From: an uncultured Thermoleophilia bacterium
Lineage (GTDB): Bacteria; Actinomycetota; Thermoleophilia; UBA2241
Length of the DNA stretch: 64,000 nt
NCBI GenBank assembly: GCA_963709635.1
Contig: CAVPXA010000025.1
Coordinates: 26,686 to 90,685, forward strand
Direction of reading: 5' to 3'
The position numbers and the translations under genes were made by a program. Shown in pieces: positions 28,309 through 41,038 of this stretch. The notes under the pieces were generated by a model. The model was given only the letters and a program-made list of their open reading frames with translations, was not told the origin of the DNA and searched no databases. The first letter of the stretch is position 1, and every line of letters starts with the position of its first letter.

Positions 28309-28845
28309 ATGCTGGACCAGCGGATGCAGGACGCGTTCAACAGTCAGATCAACTGGGAGCTCTACTCGGGCTATCTCTATCTCTCCATGGCGAGTCAGTT
28401 CGCCGAGATGGGCATGTCGGGCGGCCAGAACTGGATGACGGTGCAGTACCAGGAGGAGCTCGCTCACGCGCGCATCATGTTCAGCTACGTGCTCACGCGC
28501 GGCGGCCGCGTGCTGCTCGAGGCCATCGAGAAGCCGGAGACGGAGTGGGAGGGCGGGCTCGCCATGTTCGAGGAGGCGCTCGCCCACGAGGAGGGCGTGA
28601 CGGCGCGCATCCACGAGATGGCCTCGCTGGCGCTCGAGCTCAAGGACCACGCCACCTACAACTTCCTCCAGTGGTTCATCGCCGAGCAGGTCGAGGAGGA
28701 AGAGAGCGCGATGGACATGGTGAGCAAGTTCAAGATGGCCGGCGAGCACCCGGCCGGGCTCTACCAGCTCGACAAGGAGCTGGCGACGCGCGCGTACAAC
28801 GTGCCGTCGCCGCTGGCCGCCCTGGACGCGGCCGCCGGCGCCTGA
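28309..28845 (+). CDS. non-heme ferritin
   Basis: GGAGG lies 7 nt before the ATG at 28309. Ferritin-like diiron motifs are present (NWELYSGYLYLSMASQF, EEELAHA, EQVEEE). Confidence 0.9.
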   Translation: MLDQRMQDAFNSQINWELYSGYLYLSMASQFAEMGMSGGQNWMTVQYQEELAHARIMFSYVLTRGGRVLLEAIEKPETEWEGGLAMFEEALAHEEGVTARIHEMASLALELKDHATYNFLQWFIAEQVEEEESAMDMVSKFKMAGEHPAGLYQLDKELATRAYNVPSPLAALDAAAGA

Positions 28846-28885
28846 GGCGGTCCGGCGCCCGAGGTCGGCCGGCGTCTGACGGCGC

Positions 28886-29422
28886 TCAGAGCGGCCGCAC
28901 GAGCAGCAGGCAGGGGTTCTCGGGCCCCCACACCTGCGGCAGCACCTCGAGCGGGCGGAAGCCCAGGCTGAGGTAGAACGCTCGCGTCGCGGCGTACCCC
29001 GGGTCGGGGTCGCTCGGCGCGAGCGTCTTCACGTGCAGCAGGCTGTAGCCCTCGGCGCGGGCGTACGCCGCCGCGCGCTCCACGAGCGCGCGGCCGGCCC
29101 CGCGCCGGTGCCAGCGAGGGCAGGACGCCCATGACGTGGAGTTCCAGGGCGTCCTCGCTGGTCTCCCGCAGCGTCAGGAAGCCGATCACCTGGTCGGGCC
29201 GGAACTCGCGAGGTCGCCGCCGCACGCCGGCCGGTCGACGAGGACGACGAACGTGTCGAGCTCGCCGGCCGCGCGCACGTAGTCCTGCAGCGCGGCCTCG
29301 ATGCCGAACCAGCCGGGGAGGGCCCGGAGGATGCGCTCGGCCGCCTCGGCCTGCCCGAGCAGCGGGCCGCGCACCGAGAAGTGGACCTCGTCCGTGCGCC
29401 GGTCTGTGTGCTCCGCGCTCAC
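28886..29422 (-). CDS. GNAT-family N-acetyltransferase (two frame changes)
   Basis: N-terminal part in ORF 29186..29422 and C-terminal part in ORF 28886..29083 (HVKTLAPSDPDPGYAATRAFYLSLGF), joined through a third frame. Confidence 0.55.
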
Positions 29423-29446
29423 GCCCGGCTCCAGGACACCGCGATC

Positions 29447-30204
29447 TCAGGTCACGTCGCGGCGCAGCGAGATGAAGACCGCCGCGACGCTCACGATGGC
29501 GATGTAGGCGATGCTGACGAGGAACGCCTCCGGACGCGTGAGCGCGCTCTCCGTCAGGGCCTCCATGCCGTCGCCGGACATCTGCGCCGCGCTCACCTGG
29601 TTGAAGACCACGAACGGCAGCCAGTTGCCGACGGCCGGCTTGAGCACGTAGATGATGTTCTCCACGAACAGCGCCCAGATGAGCGTGCCGGCGACGGTGA
29701 TGATCTGGGCGCGGATGAGCGCGCCCAGCGCGACGCCGAACGTCGTGACCAGCCCGGCGACGACGAGCTGCCGCGCGTAGTCGCCCAGCGTGGAGCCGCC
29801 GGTGGCGTCGATGTCCACGCCACGTATCGCGCCTCCGATGAGGATCGCGACGTACACGAGCAGCATGGCCACCAGCATCGTCACCATGCCGACCAGCAGG
29901 TAGACGACCAGCTTGACGACCATCACCTGCCAGCGGCGCGGCGTGACGAGGTACGAGTAGGTGATGGTGCCGTGCCGGTACTCGTTGGTCATGCCCAGGA
30001 TGCCGAACACGAGGAGCACCAGCGGCACGAGGGCGCTGGCGGTGGTGAGGAACTGGGTGATGCCCTCTTCGCCGAGCCAGTCCTTGGGCACCAGCGCCAG
30101 GATGAGGATGAGCGGCACGAGCGTCACCACGAGGATGACGATGAAGAGGCCGAGGGCCGTGCGCGTGCTGCGCAGCTTGAGCAGCTCGGCCCGGGCCACG
30201 GCGA

Positions 30205-30208
<4 letters not shown>
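29447..30208 (-). CDS. ABC-2 type transporter permease
   Basis: Intact 253-aa ORF with 6 predicted TM segments. Its 5' end overlaps the ATPase gene 3' end (4-nt overlap). Confidence 0.85.
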
Positions 30209-31104
<896 letters not shown>

Positions 31105-31203
31105 GCTCCCTCCAGGTCGCGCGGTCGTTGGGCGCGTCCGCGCCCGCCCGAGTCTACACGAGGAGTGGGCCGGCCCGCCGCCGGGTCGGCCCGGTGAAAG
31201 GCG

Positions 31204-32246
31204 TCAGTGGCCCAGCGAGTGGGAGTAGAGCTCCCAGCGCCCGCTGCGGTCGTCCGCCCAGTACACGCTGCCGGCGACGATGACCGGACTCACCTGACGG
31301 CCGCCGGCCTCGCTGACCGGGGTCGCCTTGCCGAGCTCGAAGTCGTAGGACCAGACCTGGGGACCGGTGGCCTTGCGGTCCACGACCCACACGGCAGCGT
31401 GGCGGCTCAGCGAGAGGGACGACCCCGTGCCCCGCAGACGGCAGAGCACCTTGGAGCGGCTGGACCGGCGGTTCCACGAGACGATCGCGGTGGAGTGCCG
31501 GCCCGGTCGAGGCGGCCCACAGGACGCGGTCGCGGTCCATCGCCACGGCCGTGCCTCTGGCGGCCAGCCGGTAGCGGGTCGCGCTGCGGAAGGAGCCGGC
31601 CCAGACCTCTCCGGTGGAGCCCTTCCCGGAGATCCAGACCGCCCAGGGACCCCAGGCGGCGAAGCTCCTCACCCGACCACCGGTCTCAAGTGCGTACTCC
31701 TCGTCGGTGAGCGCGTTCACGCCGCGGATGACGTCCTTGCCCCAGCCGGCGCCGCCCGGATCGACCCAGAACACGACGTCGCCCACGACGCGCGGGGCGC
31801 GGCCCGCCTTGGTGAGACGCCAGCGGTGCGCGATCTCGAGGTTGAACGCCTGGATGCCGGCCGGGCCGTCACCACGCTTGCCCGCCCAGGACTCCCACGC
31901 GATGAGGTGGCCGCCGGCCGCCGGGAACCCGCCGGACTTGCCGGCCGCGTCGCGCCCGAGCAGCCGTTCGGTGTCGCCGCTCGGCACGTCGTAGTACCAG
32001 ATGCCGGCCACGTCGGCGCTCCGGTCGCGCTGCTCCCAGTAGATCCTGGTGTCGCCGGCCGTCAGGCCGAGCGGCTCCTCGGGCCATGTCGAGCGGGGCC
32101 ACGGCGGCGGACGAGGTGGTGGCGGAGCCGGTCGAGTCGGCCGAGGCTTGCGGCGGGCCGGGCAGGAGCCCCGTGGTCCACGCCAGATACGCCGGCACGG
32201 CAGCCATGGCGAGGAACGCGACCACTACCAGCAGTCTGGATCTCAC
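31204..32246 (-). CDS. secreted TolB-like beta-propeller repeat protein (two frame changes)
   Basis: GTG at 32246 follows GGGAGGTG. Signal/TM segment. Repeated W-rich propeller blades read across three frames (IWYYDVPSG, VVFWVD, VYWADDRSGRWELYS). Confidence 0.6.
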
Positions 32247-32514
32247 GGCTCCACCTCCCGGCCGCCGGACGGCGGCCCGAACGCCCCTGTGTCCGCTCGC
32301 TGCCGCGAGGGACGCGGCTTGTGTTCCCGGTGCCGGGCGTCCAAAACGTCGCCCGCCGTTCATCGGGGGACGAGCGGCAGGCGGAGACGCGCTCCTCACG
32401 CCGAGGCTGGGGACGCGGAAGTCTCTGAGGGGCACCAGAAGCCCAGAGGAGCTTACAAGGTGAGCCGTGACGGAGGCGACAGCTGCTGCCGGCCTGACGC
32501 GCCCGGCGGCGCGG

Positions 32515-33906
32515 TCAGCCGGCGACAGCTCGTCGAGCCGGCGCAGCGTGGCGTCGTCGAGCGTGAAGGAGGGGCCCGCGGCCTGGATCTCGGCCACGCG
32601 GGCCCGCACGCGCTCGAGGAGCGTGGAGGCGCCGGCCGCCGACCAGCGCTCGTGCGTGCTCTGGTCGATCAGCGACGCGCGCCAGAAGTCGCGGAAGCGC
32701 CGGCGCGTCATCTTGGTGCCGAGATGGTTGCCGCCCGGGCCCACCGCCTCGACCTCGACCAGCGCCAGGGCCTCCTCGTCGACGGGCAGCTCGCCGAGCA
32801 GGGCCCGGGCGTAGCCCGATCACTTCGTCGCCGAGCACCAGGGCCTCGAGCGCGCTCTGCAGTCCGCTCTCGAGGTAGCCGACGTCGTGGAGCAGCGTCG
32901 CGCGCGAGAGGCCGCCCATGACGGTCGAGATGCCCAGCTCCAGCGCCCACTGCTCGTCCAGCTTCTTGCTGTCCGAGTGGCCGGCGTAGTGCCAGCTGGG
33001 CAGGCCGTACCAGCGGATCACGTCGAGCTGCGCCTGGTTGCCGAGGAACACGCCCGGGGAGTTGTAGACCTCTACGGCGTGCTGCATGTTCATCACGCCG
33101 GTGCCGACGCCCATCACGAACGGCGCGCCGGGCCTGGCGATCTGGTGGACGACGAGGCCGGCGAGCACCTCGGCGTTGGCCACCGCCACACAGGCGGTGA
33201 GGGACGCCGGGCCCTGCGCGCCGGCCGAGACCGACGGCGCCAGCACCAGCGGCACCCCGAGCTCGGCGCAGGCGAGCGCCTTGGTGCAGCAGACGTCGTC
33301 GAGCATGAGCGGCGGCGAGGTCATGGCGAGGCAGGCGAAGCTGTCCGCCTCGCCGGCCGCCGCCGCCATCGCGTGCATGGTGTACAGCGTCTCGCCGCCG
33401 AACGGGCTCGAGACGACGATGGGCTTGCGCGTGCCGCGCAGCATGGCGGCGAACTGCACGACGTCGACCACCTCGTTGGCGACGTCCTCCGGCAGCGCCA
33501 TGCTCATCGCGAAGTCGATGTTGGGCAGCGCCTCGACGAAGCGTGCGGCGGCCTCGACGTCGGCGAGCGTGGCGCGCCGGCGCTCGCCGGTGACGGGGTC
33601 GGCGACGTACAGGCAGTCGGGCCCGCTGCCGGTGTGGCCGGCGCCGTCGCGCAGCTCCAGCGGCGCCGTCTCGCCGCCGCGCGGGCGCAGCGTCCACGAG
33701 CGCGGCGCGCTCTCGAGCGCGCGCTCGACCAGCTCGGCGGGCATGCGTACGCGCGTGCCCTCGACGGCCGCGCCGGCGGCGGCGCAGCGCTCGCGGGCGC
33801 CGGCGTCCTTCATCTCGACGCCGGTGCGCGCGAGCAGGGTCAGCGAAGCCTCGTGGACGCGGCGGCAGGCATCGTCGTCCCAGATCCTGAGTGTGGCTCG
33901 GTTCAC
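32515..33906 (-). CDS. MttB-superfamily (trimethylamine/glycine-betaine type) methyltransferase, non-pyrrolysine member (frameshifted near the 3' end)
   Basis: GTG at 33906. MttB-family N-terminus (LRIWDDDACRRVHEASLTLLARTGVE). The C-terminal block PGGNHLGTKMTRRRFRDFWR is in a second frame (ORF 31869..32744). The end is set at the main-frame stop 32515. Confidence 0.7.
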   Translation of the reverse strand: MNRATLRIWDDDACRRVHEASLTLLARTGVEMKDAGARERCAAAGAAVEGTRVRMPAELVERALESAPRSWTLRPRGGETAPLELRDGAGHTGSGPDCLYVADPVTGERRRATLADVEAAARFVEALPNIDFAMSMALPEDVANEVVDVVQFAAMLRGTRKPIVVSSPFGGETLYTMHAMAAAAGEADSFACLAMTSPPLMLDDVCCTKALACAELGVPLVLAPSVSAGAQGPASLTACVAVANAEVLAGLVVHQIARPGAPFVMGVGTGVMNMQHAVEVYNSPGVFLGNQAQLDVIRWYGLPSWHYAGHSDSKKLDEQWALELGISTVMGGLSRATLLHDVGYLESGLQSALEALVLGDEVIGLRPGPARRAARRRGGPGAGRGRGGGPGRQPSRHQDDAPALPRLLARVADRPEHARALVGGRRLHAPRARAGPRGRDPGRGPLLHARRRHAAPARRAVAG

Positions 33907-34032
33907 GGTGGTCCCCTTCGGGTGGTGGTCCTTCGGCGGTGACGCGGTGGGTGGCCGCCGGCTCGGCGCGCTCTCGCGCGCGCCTCCGGCGGCTCGGCGG
34001 CTACGGGCGCGGAGCGCCGGCGGCCGCCCGCG

Positions 34033-34254
34033 TCAGCAGGGCCCGCGTTCGCTGAAGACCTTGAACCAGAGGCCGCCGAAGTAGCGGCCGGCGTGCGTGT
34101 GGCGGAGGAGTTCGCCCTCGGTACCGGAGCGTCCGCCGCGGGCTCCCCCGGCGGTCTGCCGGCGAACCGTCTCTCTGGCGAAGATGTGGCGCACGCGCTG
34201 CTCCTCCGGACCGTGTGCGCGGCCGCGCACCCCGGCCAGTACATACCGCCTCAC
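34033..34254 (-). CDS. hypothetical 73-aa protein translationally coupled to the kdpD N-domain gene
   Basis: Its GTG start overlaps the kdpD-N TGA stop as GTGA. There is no recognisable domain. Confidence 0.25.
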   Translation of the reverse strand: MRRYVLAGVRGRAHGPEEQRVRHIFARETVRRQTAGGARGGRSGTEGELLRHTHAGRYFGGLWFKVFSERGPC

Positions 34255-35385
34255 GCGGGGCAGTCAAGCGAGACGGGGTCGGCGACCACGAGGACGTCGG
34301 CGCAATCGATCTCCCGGATGATGCGCGTGATCTGCGATCCGCGCAGGATCTCGTCGAGCCGGGACCTGCGCGACTGGCCGAGGACGATGAAGCTGGCGTG
34401 CCGCTCGCGGGCGAAGCGCAGGATCTCCTCACCCACCGAGTCGCCCTCGAGCTCGACGACCTCTCCTCCGAGCGAACGGCTCAGCGCGAAGAGGTCGTCC
34501 AGCTCGTGCCGGGCCGCGGCATCGAGGCGCTGCGTGCGCACGTGGAGGACCCAGAGGCGTCCCTGGAGTCGCCGCGCGAGGCGGTGCCCCCGGCGCACGA
34601 GCCTGACTGCGAGCGGCCCCGGGCGCACGCAGACGACCACGCGCTCTTCGGCGACCCACGGGTGCAGGGTGTCCTCGTCCGGGGCGATGCGCTCCAGGAA
34701 GTCGTCCACCTCCTCGGCGGTCTTGCGCAGGGCGAGCTCGCGGAGAGCGACGAGGTTCTCGCGCCGGAAGAAGTTGGCGAGCGCTCCCGGGACGGTGTCG
34801 AGGTCGTAGACCACGCCGCGGCGCAGGCGGTTGACCAATGCCGCCGTCGTGAGGTCGACGAGGACCACCTCGTCGGCCTGGTCGAGCACGGCGTCGGGGA
34901 GCGTCTCCTGCACGCGCACGCCGGTGATCTCGAACACCGTCTCGTTGAGGCTCTCGAGGTGCTGCACGTTGACGGTGGTGATCACGTTGATGCCGGCGGC
35001 CTGGATCTCCTCCACGCTCTGCCAGCGCTTCGCGTGGCGCGCGCCGGGGACGTTGGTGTGGGCCAGCTCGTCGACGAGCACCCACGCGGGGCGGCGCGCG
35101 ATCACCGCGTCGGTGTCGAGCTCGTCGAACTCCTTGCCGCGGTAGGCGAGGCGCTTGAGGGGGAGGCACTCGAGCCCCTCGACGAGCTCGGCGGTCTCCT
35201 TGCGGCCGTGCGTCTCCACGAAGCCGACGACGATGTCCTCCCCTCGCGAGACGCGACGATGGGCCTCGGCGAGCATACTGAAGGTCTTGCCCACGCCCGG
35301 GCGCGTAGCCGAGGAAGACCTTGAGCCGGCCGCGCTTGCGCAGCGTGCGCAGCGCGTAGCCCTCGTCGCCGGCCGGGGTCGCCAT
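34251..35385 (-). CDS. kdpD: stand-alone KdpD N-terminal sensor domain plus Usp domain (one frameshift near 35300)
   Basis: Starts MATPAGDEGYALRTLRKRGRLKVFLGYAPG and, after the shift, continues VGKTFSMLAEAHRRVSRGEDIVVGFVETHGR (KdpD P-loop N-domain), then a Usp-like domain. There is no kinase domain. Confidence 0.75.
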
Positions 35386-35395
35386 CGCCGTCCGC

Positions 35396-35991
35396 CTAGC
35401 GGCCGGCCGGCCGGGCCGCCGTGGACGCGTCGAGCGCCAGGTTGAGCAGCAGCACGTTGACGCGCGGCTCGCCGAGGAACCCCAGGGTCCGGCCCGTCGT
35501 GTGCTCGTCGATGAGGCGCAGCACGGCGTCCTCGCTCAGGCCTCGGGCCCGGGCCACGCGAGCGGCCTGGGCGCGGGCATTGGCGATGCTGATGTCGGGG
35601 TCGAGGCCGCTCGCCGAGGTGGTGACCATGTCGACCGGGACCGAGCCCGCGGTGAGACCGGGGTTCGCCGCGGCCAGCTCGTCCACGTCGGCGCTCACCC
35701 GGTCGAAGAGGGTCGCGTTCGTCGGGCCGAGGTTGGAGGCGGACGGACGCCATGGCGTCGTAGCCGCGCGCCGGCGGCCGAGGGCCGCGGCCAGAAGTAC
35801 GTGTCCTTCGAGAACGCCTGGGCGATCGAGGCCGAACCCACCAGGCGACCGTCGACCCGCACCAGGCTCCCGTCGGCCGCGCCGGGGAAGAGGACCTGCG
35901 CGGCGCCGGTGATCGCCAGCGGGTAGAGCAGCCCGAACAGCAGGGCGGTCACGAGGGTCATGCGCAAGGCGGTGGCCAGATGGCGTCGCAC
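35396..35991 (-). CDS. kdpC: potassium-transporting ATPase subunit C (frame changes near 35700-35760)
   Basis: N-terminal TM segment in ORF 35695..35991. C-terminal KdpC block ([18 protein letters not shown]) in ORF 35396..35698. Confidence 0.75.
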
Positions 35992-36000
35992 GGTCTCTCC

Positions 36001-38101
36001 TCAGCTCGCCAGGCCCAGCCCGACGAGGACCAGGTCGATGGCCTTGATGCCGACGAACGGGACGATGACGCCGCCGAGCCCGTAGACCAGCAGGTTGTAG
36101 CGCAGCAGGGCGGCGGCGGGGATGGCCCGGAACTTGACGCCGCGCAGGGCGAGCGGGATCAGCGCGACGATGATCAGCGCGTTGAAGATGACGGCCGAGA
36201 GGATGGCGCTGTCGGCCGAGTGCAGGCCCATCACGTTGAGCACCGCGAGCTCCGGGAACGAGACCATGAACATCGCCGGGATGATGGCGAAGTACTTGGC
36301 CACGTCGTTGGCGATGCTGAACGTGGTGAGTGCACCGCGGGTGATGAGCAGCTGCTTGCCGATCTCCACGATCTCGATGAGCTTGGTGGGGTTGGAGTCG
36401 AGGTCCACCATGTTGCCGGCCTCTTTGGCCGCCATGGTGCCGGTGTTCATGGCCACGCCGACGTCCGCCTGCGCGAGCGCCGGCGCGTCGTTGGTGCCGT
36501 CGCCGGTCATGGCGACCAGCTTGCCCTGCGCCTGCTCGGCCTTGATGAGCTCCATCTTGGCCTCGGGCGTGGCCTCCGCCAGGAAGTCGTCCACGCCCGC
36601 CTCCTCGGCGATCACGGCGGCGGTCAGCGGGTTGTCGCCGGTGATCATCACCGTGCGGATGCCCATGGCGCGCATCTGGTCGAAGCGCTCGCGGATGCCG
36701 CCCTTGACGACGTCCTTGAGGTGGATCACGCCGAGAGCCCGGTCGTCGCGGGCGACGGCTAGTGGGGTGCCGCCCTGGCCGGAGACGTGCGCCAGCGTGG
36801 CCTCGAGTTCGGGCGGCACCTCACCCCCTTGTCGCCGGATCCAGGACGTCACGGCGTCGCCGGCGCCCTTGCGCATGCTGTGCCCGTCGAGGTCGATGCC
36901 GCTCATGCGCGTCTGCGCGGTGAACTCCACGAACGTCGCCTGATCGGGGTCGATGTGCCGGCCGCGCAGGCCGAACTCCTTGGCGAGGACGACGACGGAG
37001 CGGCCCTCGGGCGTCTCGTCGGCGAGCGAGGCCAGCTGCGCGGCGTCGGCGAGCTCCTCGACGGTCACGCCGGGCATCGGGATGAACTCCGACGCCTGCC
37101 GGTTGCCCAGCGTGATGGTCCCGGTCTTGTCGAGCAGCAGCGTGTCCACGTCGCCGGCCGCCTCCACGGCGCGGCCGGACATGGCGAGCACGTTGTGCCG
37201 CACCAGGCGGTCCATGCCGGCGATGCCGATGGCCGCGAGCAGGCCGCCGATGGTGGTCGGGATGAGACAGACGAGCAGCGCGATCAGCACGGTGACCGAG
37301 ACGGCGGCGTCGCTGTAGAGCGCGAAGGGCTGCAGCGTCACGACCACGATCAGGAAGATGATCGTCAGCCCGGCCAGCAGGATGTTGAGCGCGATCTCGT
37401 TGGGCGTCTTCTGCCGCTCCGCGCCCTCGACGAGAGCGATCATGCGGTCGAGGAAGGTGTGGCCCGGGTCGGAGGTGATGCGCACGACGATCTCGTCGGA
37501 GAGCACGCGCGTGCCGCCGGTGACCGCGCTGCGGTCGCCGCCGCTCTCACGGATGACCGGCGCCGACTCGCCGGTGATCGCCGACTCGTCCACGGAGGCG
37601 ATGCCCTCGACGACGTCGCCGTCGCCGGGGATGGTCTCGCCGGCGGACACGACGACCACGTCGCCCTTGCGCAGCGCGCTCGCGGCGACCTGGGCGACGT
37701 CGCCGTCCACACGCAGGTTGGCGAGCGTCTCCGTCCTGGTCTTGCGCAGCGTGTCGGCCTGGGCCTTGCCGCGTCCCTCCGCCATGGACGTCGGCGAAGT
37801 TGGCGAAGAGGACGGTGAACCACAGCCAGCCGCCGACCATGCCGGTGAAGGCCAGGTCCGAGCTCCCGCCGACGAGAGCGGCGACGAAGGCGATCGTCGT
37901 GATCACGCTGCCGACCTCGACGACGAACATGACCGGATTGCGCGCCATCTGGCGGGGGTCGAGCTTGGCGAACGAGCTGACCACCGCCGGCCAGACGACC
38001 CCGCGCAGGGAGGCTGCGCGGCGCGCGGGGCCGGGCGGCGCCGGCGAAGGCTCCGGGAGGACCTCGAGGACCTCTTCGGCGGGTGGGGCGACGACGGTCA
38101 C
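36001..38101 (-). CDS. kdpB: potassium-transporting ATPase subunit B (P-type ATPase; one frameshift near 37790)
   Basis: The GTG at 38101 overlaps the kdpA stop as GTGA. P-type motifs present ([40 protein letters not shown]). Confidence 0.85.
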
Positions 38102-39827
38102 GAGAAGAGCCTCCCGGCGTTCATGAGGAACTGCTCGACCACGGGGCCCAGCGCCAGCACGGGGAAGTAGGTCAGGGCGCCGACGATGAGGATCACGCCG
38201 ACGAGGAGCACGACGAAGATCGGCCCGGTCGTGGGGAAGGTGCCGCTCGACTCCGGCAGCGCCTTCTTGGCGCCGAGCGAAGCGGCCAGCGCCAGGCACG
38301 GGATGATGAAGAAGAAGCGGCCCCACAGCATCATCAGGCCGCCGGCGGTCGCCCAGAAGCGCCCGCTCGGCGGTGAGGCCGGCGAAGGCGCTGCCGTTGT
38401 TGCCGGACTGGGAGAGCGTGGCGTACAGGATCTCGGAGAGGCCGTGCGGACCGCTGTTGAGCACGGCTTCTCGGCCGGCCGGCAGCAGCACGGCGACGGC
38501 GGCCACGCCCAGCGCGGTGATGCACAGGTAGAGGGTCGCGAGCACGGCGAGCTTCATCTCGCGACCCTCGATCTTCTTGCCCAGGTACTCGGGCGTGCGG
38601 CCGACCATGAGGCCGGCGATGAACACCGCCAGGATGGCGAACACCAGCAACCCCATCAGGCCGACGCCGGCGCCGCCGAACACCACCTCGCCGAGAGCGA
38701 TGTTGAGCATCGCCATCCCGCCGGCGAGAGGCGTGAGGCTGTCGTGTGAGGCGTTGACGGCGCCCGTGGAGGTGTCCGTGGTGATGGTCGCCCACAGCAC
38801 GGAGGCGCCGATGCCGTTGCGCACCTCCTTGCCCTCCATGTTGCCGCCGGCCTGCGTCGCCGACGCCGTCTGGTCGGCTCCCGCCCGGGCCAGGTTCGGG
38901 TTGCCGGCCTGCTCGCTCGCGTACATCACGCCGACGCTGAGCACCAGCAGCGCCGCCGCGGCGGCGAAGAGGGCCCAGCCCTGGCGCTGGTTCCCCGCGA
39001 ACCGCCCGAAGAGGTAGGTGAACCCGAACGGGGATGGCGAGCATCGCCAGCATCTGGACGAAGCCGGTGAGGGGCGTCGGGTTCTCGTACGGGTGAGCGG
39101 CGTTGGCGTTGAAGAAGCCGCCGCCGTTGGTGCCGAGCTCCTTGATGATCTCCTGCGAGGCGACAGGGCCCTGGGCGATGGTCTGCGCCGCGCCCTCCAG
39201 CGTCGTGACCTGGGCCGGCCCGTCGAGGTTCTGGATCACACCCTGCGAGACGAGGAACAGCGCGCCCACGACGCTCAGCGGCAGCAGGATGTAGAGCAGC
39301 CCGCGCGTGAGGTCCACCCAGAAGTTGCCGAGCTCGCGGCTCGAGCGCCGGGTGAGACCGCGCACGAACGCGACCGCCACGGCCATGCCGACCGCCGCGG
39401 AGACGAAGTTCTCGCGGGTGAGCGCGAGCATCTGCGACAGGTAGCTCACCGCCGTCTCCGGCACGTACACCTGCCAGTTCGTGTTGGTCGCGAAGCTGGC
39501 GGCCGTGTTGAAGGCGGTCCAGGCGTCCATGCCGGGGACGTGGGCGGGGTTCAGCGGCAGGTGACCCTGCAGGCGCAGCACGGCGTAGATGAACAGGAGG
39601 ACGACGAAGTTGAAGACCAGCAGCGCGGCGACGTAGCCGCGCACGCCCATCTCGCTCTTCTCGTCGACGGCGCAGACCCGGTAGACGAGCCGCTCCACAG
39701 GTCGCAGCACGGGGTGCAGGAACGTGCGCTCACCGCGGTACACGTGGGCCATGTACGCGCCGAGCGGTCTCGCGAGGAGGCCGAGCACGACGAGGAGCAC
39801 GGCGATCTGGATGATCCCCTGGAGCAT
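38098..39827 (-). CDS. kdpA: potassium-transporting ATPase subunit A (two frame changes near 39070 and 38370)
   Basis: N-terminus [18 protein letters not shown]. The middle part is in ORF 37547..38944 and the C-terminus in ORF 38098..38334. Confidence 0.85.
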
Positions 39828-39848
39828 GAGCGCACCCGACGGCGAGCG

Positions 39849-39941
39849 TCAGAACCTCTCCGGGCGCAGGAGGCTGTAGAAGAGGTAGCCGAGCAGCGCC
39901 GCGGCGACCGCAAGCAGGAGGATCGAGGTGAGGAGGTGCAT
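39849..39941 (-). CDS. kdpF: potassium-transporting ATPase subunit F
   Basis: 29-aa peptide MHLLTSILLLAVAAALLGYLFYSLLRPERF with a KdpF-like TM helix and PExF tail. An AGGAGG-like sequence precedes the start. It lies immediately upstream of kdpA. Confidence 0.7.
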   Translation of the reverse strand: MHLLTSILLLAVAAALLGYLFYSLLRPERF

Positions 39942-39950
39942 CGCTCCGCC

Positions 39951-40035
39951 TCAGAGCTTCGGCACGGCGCGTGCGTAGGCCAGGACCGCGGCGAAGCAGG
40001 CCAGGACCAGCGTGATGAAGATCGAGGTCGGTCAT
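39951..40035 (-). CDS. candidate second small hydrophobic peptide upstream of kdpF (needs a 1-nt correction or TGA read-through)
   Basis: Hydrophobic reading TSIFITLVLACFAAVLAYARAVPKL. It is in frame with, and separated by one TGA from, the 51-aa ORF upstream. Confidence 0.2.
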
Positions 40036-40187
40036 CGCGGAGACCTCCGGTCGCCGCGTGCGAAGCGCCGTACTCCCCGGCGCTCCGCCCACGTGGCCTT
40101 GACGAGAAACACGAGGCAGGCGATCGAACCGGCGACGGCGGCGACCATCGTGAGTTCGAGTCCGATCTCTTCGAGTGTGAGCAGCAT
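40032..40187 (-). CDS. hypothetical 51-aa small membrane protein
   Basis: GGAGG lies 6 nt before the ATG at 40187. Predicted TM segment LELTMVAAVAGSIACLVFLV. First ORF of the kdpFABC transcript region. Confidence 0.3.
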   Translation of the reverse strand: MLLTLEEIGLELTMVAAVAGSIACLVFLVKATWAERRGVRRFARGDRRSPR

Positions 40188-40324
40188 GGCGCGCCTCCGG
40201 TCGACGGGCCCCGCAGGGGGCCTCTTCTGAGCGGAGGCTACGCCTGGGCGTCTCAAGCCCGAGTGAAGGCAATGGGGAGCGGACTAAAGAGTGCGTAAAG
40301 GCGCCGGAGAACCGGCGGAGCCGG

Positions 40325-41038
40325 TCAGGCCGGCGCGTCCTCGGCGGCCGCGAAGCGGAACCCGACGCCGGGCTCCGTGATGATGTAGCGGGGTCCGCCC
40401 GGCCGAGGCTCGATCTTCTTGCGCAGATTGCTGACGTGCACGCGCAGCGTCTGTGCGTCCTCGGCCCACTCGGGTCCCCACACCTCTTCGAGGATCATGC
40501 GCTGCGTGCAGACAAGGCCGGCGTTGCGCGCGAGGAAGGCGAGGATGTCGAACTCCGTGGGCGTGAGGGCGACCTCTTCGCCCGCCCGGCGTACGCGGCG
40601 GCGGGCGATGTCCACCTCGAGTTCGCCGGCGTGGACGACCGGCGGCGGGGACGTGAGCGCGGCCGACCTGCGCAGGAGCGCGCGGATGCGTGCCAGGAGC
40701 TCGCCGGCGGAGAAGGGCTTGGTGAGGTAGTCGTCGGCCCCCTCGTCGAGCGCGGTGATCTTGTCGGCCTCGTTGGAGCGCACGGAGAGGATGAGGATGG
40801 GTGCGGTCATCCAGGTGCGCAGCTCGCGGCACACCTCGATCCCCGAGATGTCCGGCAGCATGAGGTCGAGGACGACGAGGTCGGGCGGGGTGTCGATGGC
40901 CTTGAGCAAGGCGTCCTGGCCGGTCGCCGCCAGTTCGAGGCTGTAGCCGCGCGTGGACAGGATCGACTTGAGCGCGCGGCGGATCTGCTCCTCGTCGTCC
41001 ACGACGAGGATATGGGTGGGCCGCTCCGGTACCGTCAT
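40325..41038 (-). CDS. kdpE: OmpR-family response regulator (KdpE-like)
   Basis: Intact 237-aa ORF with receiver domain (LVVDDE, phospho-Asp in VLDLMLPD) and winged-helix output. Its ATG overlaps the kinase stop as ATGA. Confidence 0.85.
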   Translation of the reverse strand: MTVPERPTHILVVDDEEQIRRALKSILSTRGYSLELAATGQDALLKAIDTPPDLVVLDLMLPDISGIEVCRELRTWMTAPILILSVRSNEADKITALDEGADDYLTKPFSAGELLARIRALLRRSAALTSPPPVVHAGELEVDIARRRVRRAGEEVALTPTEFDILAFLARNAGLVCTQRMILEEVWGPEWAEDAQTLRVHVSNLRKKIEPRPGGPRYIITEPGVGFRFAAAEDAPA